A DNA stretch of 64,000 nucleotides from Polyangia bacterium (GTDB lineage Bacteria > Myxococcota_A > Polyangia > Fen-1088): positions 211 through 64,210 of the forward strand of contig DATAVR010000139.1 of assembly GCA_036267635.1 (NCBI GenBank), given 5' to 3'. Shown piece by piece: positions 28,228 to 35,416 of this stretch. The notes below the pieces were generated by a model. That model searched no databases. It was given only the letters and a program-made list of their open reading frames with translations, and was not told where the DNA came from. The number at the start of each line of letters is the position of its first letter. The first letter of the stretch is position 1. Made by a program: the position numbers and the translations under genes.

Positions 28228-28917
28228 ATGAAAATTGTTTTGGTCGATGATCACACGTTGTTTCGCGTTGGCGTACGCCACGTCCTCGCCTCGCCGCCCG
28301 GCTTCGAGGTGATAGGAGAGGCGAGCACCGCGCGCAGCGCGTTCCGAGTCATCGACGCCATGGTCCCCGACCTGGTCCTGATGGACATCGCGCTGCCCGG
28401 GATGGACGGCGTGCTGGCGACGCGCGAGATCGGCCGCCGGGCTCCGCGGGCGCGGGTGCTCATCGTGAGCGCGCACGATCAGGTCAACGACGTCCTCGAC
28501 GCCCTCGATGCCGGCGCGGCCGGGTATGCGCTCAAGAGCGACGGTCCGGAGACGCTGGTCGAGGCGATTCAAGCCGTCAGCAAGGGACAGCGATACGTGG
28601 CGCCGACGCTGGCGCCACGGCTGGCGGCGTTTGAAGCCCGTCGGCGCAACGCCAACGACGTTCTAGGAATCCTGTCCCCGCGCGAACGAGAGGTCTTTCG
28701 ATTGGCCTCCGAGTGCGTGATCGCCCGCGACATGGCGCGCGAGCTGTGCATCGCGCGGAAGACCGTCGACAGCCACCTCAACCGGATCAATCGCAAGCTG
28801 GGGCTGCGGAACATGGCCGAGCTCGTGCGGCTGGCGGCCAACCTGGGGATGCTCCACTCTGCCCGAACACCGGGCCCCGGAGCGCTCCTCGCCGGCGACA
28901 AAGAGGCGGACGCTTAG
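28228..28917 (+). CDS. NarL/LuxR-family response regulator (paralog of 24961..25674)
   Basis: Same architecture as the 25 kb regulator, with long identical stretches to it (LPGMDGV.ATREI.RRAPR.RVL, LDAGAAGYALK, RYVAP). Confidence 0.9.
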   Translation: MKIVLVDDHTLFRVGVRHVLASPPGFEVIGEASTARSAFRVIDAMVPDLVLMDIALPGMDGVLATREIGRRAPRARVLIVSAHDQVNDVLDALDAGAAGYALKSDGPETLVEAIQAVSKGQRYVAPTLAPRLAAFEARRRNANDVLGILSPREREVFRLASECVIARDMARELCIARKTVDSHLNRINRKLGLRNMAELVRLAANLGMLHSARTPGPGALLAGDKEADA

Positions 28918-28922
28918 CTGCC

Positions 28923-30137
28923 TCAGTACGCCAAATTGAGCTGCAGGGTCAGAACCTGCGATCGCCCGGGCTCGATGGGGAGCACCACCGGTCCGAGCGC
29001 CGCGACTCCGGGGCTCTGCTGGTCGGCGAGGCCGTAGCGAAGCTTGAGCACCAAGATCGGCGCGTGGATGTAATACGCGACCTGCGCCTCGCCGATCAAC
29101 GTGCGAACGTTCGTCAGGCTGGTGCTGGGATCGATCCAGTTGCCGCGCACGGCGACGTCGACCCAGCGAGGGACCACCAACACGCCAACCTGTCCCCAGA
29201 CGCCGGCGGCGTCGTATCGGGCGGAGCCGTCGCTCGGCTCGATGCGCTGAAAGTAGCCTTCCCCGAAGACCACGAACCGGCTCCCTTGCAGGAAGAGATC
29301 GGCGCCGGTCGTCCCCTTTTTCGTGGGGTTCATGTTCGGCACGAAGGTGAACTGGAAGCTGTTGGCGTCGAAGTTCTCGGTGCCCGAGGTGATCTTCCCG
29401 TAATAGCCCTGGACGGTGAACGAGAACCGAAACGGGGCCGGTGATTGGGAGATGTACGGATATTCCGTGCCGCCGACCGGTCCGAGCGGGCTCACGGTGA
29501 GGCGTGCCAAGACGACGTAGTTTCCGGAGACCGCCGTGAACTGACGCAGCGGCGTGCCGCTGTAGATGCCGAGGTAGCCTTCGACCTTCTCGGCGTCGGT
29601 CAACGAGATCACCGTCGCCCCTTTGTCGTGCCCGCTCCAGAAATACTCGGCGGTGACGGCCCAATCGGGGAACAGGATCTCCTGCGGGTGGAACGCCTTG
29701 TGGCGTGAAAACGGCGTCGACTGCAGGCCGGCGCGCAGGCCGAACGCGCGAATCGGCCGCAGCTCGACGTACGCGCTCAGCAAAAAGGGGGGATTTCCCA
29801 CCAGGTCCAACGTCGTATTGAACCTGATCCAGGGCTTGAAAACGTACCCCTCCATGAACGGACGCAGCACGAAGAACTCGTTCCGATCCTGAAAGCTGCC
29901 CTTGCTGTAGTCGGGCTCGATCTTGTAGCCGCCCACGAACCCGATCCGCAGCTTGTAGTTCCCGTCGGGCGAGCCCAAAAAGAATCCCTGGTCGGGCGCG
30001 TATCCGCTCGTCAGCTGCGCCGGGTCGGCGCATAGCAAGAAGAGGGCGATGGGGAGGAGCGACACCCGGGACCTCGATTCGGTGGACGGCTCAGTCTTGG
30101 TCCGTCGGGAGCGTTGAAAAGTGAGGCGGCGGCGCAT
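28923..30137 (-). CDS. Porin, OprO/OprP-like (phosphate-selective porin family)
   Basis: Signal-like N-terminus. The pattern FVLRPFMEG...LLSAYVEL...GLQSTPFSR resembles the Porin_O_P family consensus. Beta-rich throughout. Confidence 0.65.
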   Translation of the reverse strand: MRRRLTFQRSRRTKTEPSTESRSRVSLLPIALFLLCADPAQLTSGYAPDQGFFLGSPDGNYKLRIGFVGGYKIEPDYSKGSFQDRNEFFVLRPFMEGYVFKPWIRFNTTLDLVGNPPFLLSAYVELRPIRAFGLRAGLQSTPFSRHKAFHPQEILFPDWAVTAEYFWSGHDKGATVISLTDAEKVEGYLGIYSGTPLRQFTAVSGNYVVLARLTVSPLGPVGGTEYPYISQSPAPFRFSFTVQGYYGKITSGTENFDANSFQFTFVPNMNPTKKGTTGADLFLQGSRFVVFGEGYFQRIEPSDGSARYDAAGVWGQVGVLVVPRWVDVAVRGNWIDPSTSLTNVRTLIGEAQVAYYIHAPILVLKLRYGLADQQSPGVAALGPVVLPIEPGRSQVLTLQLNLAY

Positions 30138-30186
30138 TCGCCCGGCCCCACCTTCGTGGGCGCGTTCGGCGGCCTACCTTGAGCGC

Positions 30187-30975
30187 ATGTCACTTCTGCG
30201 GCGTTCGACGGCCGAGTTCGTGGGGACGTTCTGGTTGGTGTTTGGCGGATGCGGGAGCGCCGTGCTCGCCGCCGGGTTTCCCGGCCTGGGGATCGGATTC
30301 GCGGGGGTGGCGCTGGCGTTCGGGCTGACGGTCCTGACGATGGTCGCCGCCCTGGGGCCGGTCTCGGGCGGACACTTCAACCCGGCGGTGTCGGTCGGCT
30401 TGTGGGCGGGCGGGCGGTTCACCGGACGCGATGTGCCGGCCTACGTCGTCGCGCAGGTGGCGGGCGGCGTCGTCGCCGGCGCGGTCCTCTATCTCATCGC
30501 CGCCAGCGCGCCGGGCTTCAACCTCGCGGGGGGATTCGCCGCCAACGGCTACGGCGCGCACTCGCCCGGGCACTACGCGCTGCCGGCGGCGGCGCTGTGC
30601 GAGACGCTGCTGACCGCCGGGTTCGTGCTGGTGATTATGGGCGCCACCGATCCGGCGCGGTCGATCGCCGGTTTCGCGCCGATCGTCATCGGGCTCGCGC
30701 TGACGCTGATCCACCTCATCAGCATTCCGGTGACCAACACCTCGGTGAATCCGGCGCGCAGCACGGGGGTGGCGATCTACGCAGGGGCGTGGGCGGTGCG
30801 CCAGCTCTGGCTGTTTTGGTTCGCGCCGCTGCTCGGCGGTGCGCTCGGGGGGCTCGGCTACCGCGCGCTGGTCGAAACGCGGAGCGCGCCGCTTCAGAAC
30901 CTGCGCTCGAAACCGAAGGCGATGGTCGGCCCGAAGGACATCGCCGAGGGGCCGCACGGGATATCGGCGTCGTAG
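30187..30975 (+). CDS. aqpZ: Aquaporin Z
   Basis: Two NPA boxes ([16 protein letters not shown]) and [15 protein letters not shown]. Start at ATG 30187. Confidence 0.9.
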   Translation: MSLLRRSTAEFVGTFWLVFGGCGSAVLAAGFPGLGIGFAGVALAFGLTVLTMVAALGPVSGGHFNPAVSVGLWAGGRFTGRDVPAYVVAQVAGGVVAGAVLYLIAASAPGFNLAGGFAANGYGAHSPGHYALPAAALCETLLTAGFVLVIMGATDPARSIAGFAPIVIGLALTLIHLISIPVTNTSVNPARSTGVAIYAGAWAVRQLWLFWFAPLLGGALGGLGYRALVETRSAPLQNLRSKPKAMVGPKDIAEGPHGISAS

Positions 30976-31736
30976 TTGCAGCCCGACCGATCGCTGACCC
31001 AGGCGGCGCCCAACCCCGCGTTGACGAACCAGGTGCCCGGGCCGCCGTCGCCGCGCAGGCGCTGGCGCAGCCCGACGGTGGTGAAAATCCAATCCTGGAG
31101 GTTCAACCCGCCGTCGATCTGCAGCGCCAACCGCTCCGTGAGCGGCACCCGCAGGGTTCCGATCACGTTGGAGAACCCGATCGTCCGCTGTCCGGTGTAT
31201 TGGTTGGCGGCGACCGAGTAGGCGTACTCGATCGACAAGCTGAGTCCGTCGCGGCGGCCGAGCCGCAAGGTCGGCGCGATCGACAGCCCGTTGCGCCCGA
31301 AGCGCTGCAGCTGGCCGCCGACGCCGAGCCCGACCGCCAGGTAACGGGTGGAGAAGGCCGCGGTGAGGCGGGCCTCGGCCAGCGCGCCCGGCCCCTCACC
31401 GCTCGCCGCCAGCGCCACCGGTGAGAGCTCGACGCCGAGCGTGAGCGGAAAGCGAAAGTCGTGCTCGAACCGCGCCTGGCCGAGGCTCCCCCAGCTGTTC
31501 CCGGTGAGCCCGAGGAACGGCTGCAGGGTCAGCTCGAACCGGTTCAGCGCCGGTCGATCGGGCTCGGGCTCGGGCGCCGGCGCCGGCTCGCGCGCGATCG
31601 TCGGTGCTCCCTCGAGATCGGCAGCGGTCGCCGAGATCGGCGCCAGCACCGCCGCCAGCGCGAGCGCGAAGGCGCCGGTCAATCTGATCTTGCTGATCTT
31701 GCCGATCTTCCCGATCTTCCCGATCTTCCCGATCAT
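30894..31736 (-). CDS. Putative outer-membrane beta-barrel protein with (IGK)n repeat at the N-terminus
   Basis: ATG 31736 overlaps the upstream stop (ATGA). Begins [39 protein letters not shown]. Beta-strand pattern ending FGFERRF. Confidence 0.65.
   Translation of the reverse strand: MIGKIGKIGKIGKISKIRLTGAFALALAAVLAPISATAADLEGAPTIAREPAPAPEPEPDRPALNRFELTLQPFLGLTGNSWGSLGQARFEHDFRFPLTLGVELSPVALAASGEGPGALAEARLTAAFSTRYLAVGLGVGGQLQRFGRNGLSIAPTLRLGRRDGLSLSIEYAYSVAANQYTGQRTIGFSNVIGTLRVPLTERLALQIDGGLNLQDWIFTTVGLRQRLRGDGGPGTWFVNAGLGAAWVSDRSGCNYDADIPCGPSAMSFGPTIAFGFERRF
31683..31736 (-). repeat. 9-bp tandem repeat, about 6 units (ATCGGGAAG x3 perfect, plus degenerate units)
   Basis: Read directly on the minus strand: ATG ATCGGGAAG ATCGGGAAG ATCGGGAAG ATCGGCAAG ATCAGCAAG ATCAGA. 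In frame, it encodes (IGK)n. Confidence 0.9.
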
Positions 31737-33184
31737 CCCGAGCTTCCGATCACCCGAACCGCTTCCAGCGCCTGCGCGTGGCGCAGCCAGCCCCGCAACC
31801 GCTCGCCCGGCGTGCGGGGATCGACGTGGTGGGCCGGCACGCCGCCTGCCCGCGCCAGGGCCTCCAGCTCGGGTTGGCTGGTCGGCCGAAACGGCGCGCT
31901 CCGAATCACCGAGGCGGGGATCTCGATGGTCGGCGGCAGGAACGCGGCCGGCGCCATCGCCGAAGAGCGATCGGGATCGAGGCAGGCCGACAGATCGGCA
32001 GCAGCGTCCATGCGCGGCCCCAGGCTGGCGATCCCGAACCGCGTCGCCAGCGTCGCCAGGATGGAGACGTGATCGTACGGCGTCGAGACGACGGCGCCGG
32101 CGCGCACCTGCGGCCCCACCACCACCGCCGGGACCCGAAAGCCAATCTGGCGGAAGTCGGGGTTGGGATCGGGGACGGTCGGCGGCGGCACGTGATCGTA
32201 ATAGCCGCCGTGCTCGTCGAACACGATCACCAGCAGCGCGCGTGGCCAGTGGACGCTGGCCGCCAGCGCGCGGTGGATGCTGCTCAAAAACGCCTCGGCC
32301 AGGCCGAAGTCGTAAGGAGGATGGCCGTCGTTGACGCCGAAGTCGGGGTCGATGATCGAGAAGCTGGGCAACGCGCCCCGCGCGGCATCGGTGAAGAAGT
32401 GATCGATGGTCTGCGGCGCGACGGCGTCGTTGCCGGAGAAGCTGTTGGCGGGGAAGGTGACGCTGTACCAGGGGACGCTCCCCGCGTAGTAGTAGCTGGC
32501 CGGGACGCACTGCTCGGCCAGCCGCTGCCAGACCGTCGTCGGCGGATTGAGCCCCATCGGCAGGTTGGTCTTGTGCCCGGCGGCGGTGGCGGCGTGAAGG
32601 TAGTAGCGGTTGGGCCAGGTCGGGCCCATCACCGAGGAGAACCAGCGATCGCAAACGACGTACTGGTCGCACAGGCTGTAGAGAAACGGCGCGGTGGCGC
32701 GCTGGTGATAGCTCATCACCTCGGCCTGATTCGCACCGGGGTTGACGATCACGAAGCCGTCGTTGCGGCCGCCGTTGAAGGCGCGATGGGACGAATCCCA
32801 GTCGTGCTTCGGATCGAGCTTGGAGATCTCGGCAGGCGCGAGGTTGGCGGTCACCGGGAGGCCGCTGCTGTCGAGGTTGCACTCGGTCCCGGTCAGGCCG
32901 TCGACCAATCTCGCGCCGGGATAACCAGCGTCTGTCTCGAGGCTGCCGAACAGATGATCGAAGGAGCGGTTCTCCATCATCACGACCACGATGGTGTCGA
33001 TCCCCGAGAGGAGCGTCTGCGCCGCCGCCGTCGCGCTCCCGTCGGGGCCAGGGATGGGGGGGACTGGCCCCGCGGAACAGCGATCGGCGCCCGAGCCGCA
33101 GGCGTCGAGGCCCACGGCGAGCGCCCCCAAGCCGAGTCCGACCTTGAGGGCCGCGCGGCGGGTGAGCTGGCTTCCTTCCGACAT
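31733..33184 (-). CDS. Phosphoesterase family protein (phospholipase C / AcpA type), Tat-exported
   Basis: Twin-arginine signal SQLTRRAALKVGLGLGALA. Motifs VVVMMENRSFDHLFG, DPKHDWD, GPTWPNR and FDEHGGYYDH. Alternative upstream ATG at 33277 would include the (RIG)3 repeat. Confidence 0.85.
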   Translation of the reverse strand: MSEGSQLTRRAALKVGLGLGALAVGLDACGSGADRCSAGPVPPIPGPDGSATAAAQTLLSGIDTIVVVMMENRSFDHLFGSLETDAGYPGARLVDGLTGTECNLDSSGLPVTANLAPAEISKLDPKHDWDSSHRAFNGGRNDGFVIVNPGANQAEVMSYHQRATAPFLYSLCDQYVVCDRWFSSVMGPTWPNRYYLHAATAAGHKTNLPMGLNPPTTVWQRLAEQCVPASYYYAGSVPWYSVTFPANSFSGNDAVAPQTIDHFFTDAARGALPSFSIIDPDFGVNDGHPPYDFGLAEAFLSSIHRALAASVHWPRALLVIVFDEHGGYYDHVPPPTVPDPNPDFRQIGFRVPAVVVGPQVRAGAVVSTPYDHVSILATLATRFGIASLGPRMDAAADLSACLDPDRSSAMAPAAFLPPTIEIPASVIRSAPFRPTSQPELEALARAGGVPAHHVDPRTPGERLRGWLRHAQALEAVRVIGSSG

Positions 33185-33211
33185 CCGTCTTTCACCGCTC
33201 GAGCTCGACCT

Positions 33212-33256
33212 CTTGCCAATTCGGCCAATCCGGCCAATTCGGCAATTCGGCAATCG
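33212..33256 (-). repeat. Degenerate 9-bp tandem repeat, about 5 units (CCGAATTGG family)
   Basis: Minus strand reads CCGATTG CCGAATTG CCGAATTGG CCGGATTGG CCGAATTGG. It lies 28-72 nt upstream of ATG 33184. In the gene's frame it would read RIGRIGRIGK. Confidence 0.85.
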
Positions 33257-33544
33257 GATCGACGGGCGGCGTCCCATTGTTCGAGACGCCCGACGGCGTC
33301 GCAAGCTCGTCCGCCGCTGTTTCCTCGCCGATCGGACGATCTGGTCGTCGCGATCTACCTCCTCGGCGCGGTCCTCCTCGGCCTCCACTGCGGGGCGCGG
33401 GCGGCGGCCCTGACGGGCGCGGCGATCCACTTCGCGCTCACCCGGCTCACCAACGACCCGCAGGGAACGTTCAAGCTGATCCCCTTCCACACCAACGCCT
33501 TCGTCGAGCTCGGCGAAGGGCTCGGCGTCGCCGCCGCCGCCGGC

Positions 33545-35218
33545 TCAGAACGTGCTGAGGTACGCGGCGCTGACGCCTCCGGCTCCGACCTGGAAGCAGT
33601 AGCCGCCGTTGAGCTTAGGCGGAGGCGTGAGGTTGCCGGCGCAGGTGACGGGCTGGCCGTTGACCGAGAACGTCCGACCGCTCATGTTGCCGCAGTTGTA
33701 TCCATTGAGGGGGAAAGTCGACTCGTAGCAGACAGCGCCGGTTCCGAAGTTGGTCGCACTATAGCTCTCGGTGGTCATCTCGATGGGGTTCGCGCAGAGC
33801 GCCGCGCAGGGAGTCGTGCCACCGGTCCCGCCGGTGCCGCCGGTCCCGCCGCCGCTGCTAGCTGTGTAGTAAGTCGCCTGGATATTGAACTCCTGGCTGA
33901 TGCGGGCGGAGCTGCAATCGTCCAGCTCCATGACCGTTCCCGCGGCGGTGTTTCCGCCCCGGACGTTCATGCAGCGGCCGGTGCTGGCAGCGGCGACGTT
34001 GAAGCTTCCGTTTTGCGGGTTCGCGGTGATGTTCCAGCTCTGAGACGCAGACGCGTTGCAACCGGCGAGCACGATTCCGGTGCCATTCGCGCCGGCCCCG
34101 GCGTCGAGACAGCGGCCCGGACCGTTCAGGGGCGAGATGGTCCAGCTCGCCCCTTTGGGCGCCATCGTGAAGACCGAAGTCACCAGATTGGCCGACTGGT
34201 TCCACTGCTGAATCGGCGAGGTGCCGGTGTCGACGAGCATGGGGTTGCTCTGCGTGAGGACGGCGGAGAACGTGTACTGATAGCTGGTGTCGAACGCCGG
34301 CGTATAGCTGTTGCTGCGCCACACGGTGATGCCGTGGGTCCAGGGAACCGACGCGCTCCCGTAGGGGAACTGCAACTGTTGGTATCCGTCCGGACAACCC
34401 TGGTTGGGGTTCGAGTTGGAGCCGCTCGGGCAGCTTCCCGCGATGCCCTTGCTGAAGTAACCGATGTTGACGGGGCTGTTGGAGTACATGATGCCCTGGC
34501 ACAGAGCGCCGGCGCCGAAAGGATTCTTGTACGGCGCCCCGACCTGGTTGGCGCCGAGGCGGCCGGCGACGACGCCGGCGGCGCCCGCCGGAAAACCGGC
34601 GCCGTCGCAGTAATACGCGGCGGGAGCGGTGGCTGACGGCTTGCCGATGTTTGCCAGAGACCCCGTGTCGAGGATGTCGCCGAAGAAGGTCCCCTCCTGC
34701 ATCGGGTAGTTGACGCGGTCGATGCCCCAGCCGATGGCGGTGTCGTTCGAATCGAGCCAGATAGGAACGTGGACGCCCGACGTGTTGACGTGGGCCATGA
34801 GACAAGCCGAGATGCTCTCGATGCACTGCGCGCTGCTGGAAACGCCGCCGTTCTTCCAAGCGGGGCAGAGGCCGACGCCGCCCGCGAAGGTATAGCTGGT
34901 CCCGTTCTGGTCCTGTTTGACGAGCGAGTCGTTGGCGGCGAGCGCGCACTTGACCAGATAGGCGACGGTCTTGCGACCAGCCGCGGTCGTCATGAGACCG
35001 CTGGTCGAAGCGAGTCCGTTGATCGACGAGAGCCCGTTCGTCAGCGCCAGCCCGTTCGTCAGCGCCAGCCCGTTTATCGCGGCCAGACCATTCGTCAACG
35101 CGAGCCCTGCGCTCGAATCCGTCGACACGGTCGAGGGAGCGTCGCCGCAACCCACGCCCACGATCGATCCCGCAGTCAAAAGAAGCGCAACCCGGTGCCT
35201 CGCCGACGCTCGTCTCAT
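33545..35218 (-). CDS. Secreted lipoprotein with hexapeptide repeats, ricin-type lectin domain and C-terminal Cys-rich putative carbohydrate-binding module
   Basis: Lipobox IVGVGC. (L-x-x-x-N-G) repeats. Ricin beta-trefoil-like segment (QQWN, QSWNI, RCMNV, CLDAG). GGGTGGTGGTGG linker. The C-terminal about 90 aa carry 6 Cys and end YLSTF. Confidence 0.75.
   Translation of the reverse strand: MRRASARHRVALLLTAGSIVGVGCGDAPSTVSTDSSAGLALTNGLAAINGLALTNGLALTNGLSSINGLASTSGLMTTAAGRKTVAYLVKCALAANDSLVKQDQNGTSYTFAGGVGLCPAWKNGGVSSSAQCIESISACLMAHVNTSGVHVPIWLDSNDTAIGWGIDRVNYPMQEGTFFGDILDTGSLANIGKPSATAPAAYYCDGAGFPAGAAGVVAGRLGANQVGAPYKNPFGAGALCQGIMYSNSPVNIGYFSKGIAGSCPSGSNSNPNQGCPDGYQQLQFPYGSASVPWTHGITVWRSNSYTPAFDTSYQYTFSAVLTQSNPMLVDTGTSPIQQWNQSANLVTSVFTMAPKGASWTISPLNGPGRCLDAGAGANGTGIVLAGCNASASQSWNITANPQNGSFNVAAASTGRCMNVRGGNTAAGTVMELDDCSSARISQEFNIQATYYTASSGGGTGGTGGTGGTTPCAALCANPIEMTTESYSATNFGTGAVCYESTFPLNGYNCGNMSGRTFSVNGQPVTCAGNLTPPPKLNGGYCFQVGAGGVSAAYLSTF
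34994..35107 (-). repeat. 18-bp tandem repeat, about 6 units, encoding (LALTNG)-like hexapeptides
   Basis: cccgttcgtcagcgccag occurs twice perfectly, with flanking degenerate units. Peptide: GLALTNGLAAINGLALTNGLALTNGLSSINGLASTSGL. Confidence 0.85.
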
Positions 35219-35416
35219 CCTCGGTCCCTCCCCTTCGGACGAGACATATACAAGCCGTATGCCGCATTACTGTTTTGTCATCGCATAAATTTAACTTTCG
35301 GTAATCGCGTCGCTTTCTGCCCAGGCCCCCGCAGTGGAACTGTTGCCCTCGACACAACACTCTGTAGACGACCGAGCGGCGACTGTTGCTCAGACCGCAA
35401 CGATGGCCGATGGCGA

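Noticed and set aside
31683-35107. Tandem repeats considered as a possible CRISPR array
   Set aside because: The units are 9-18 bp and directly adjacent, with no spacers. They lie inside or next to coding sequence. No cas genes are present.
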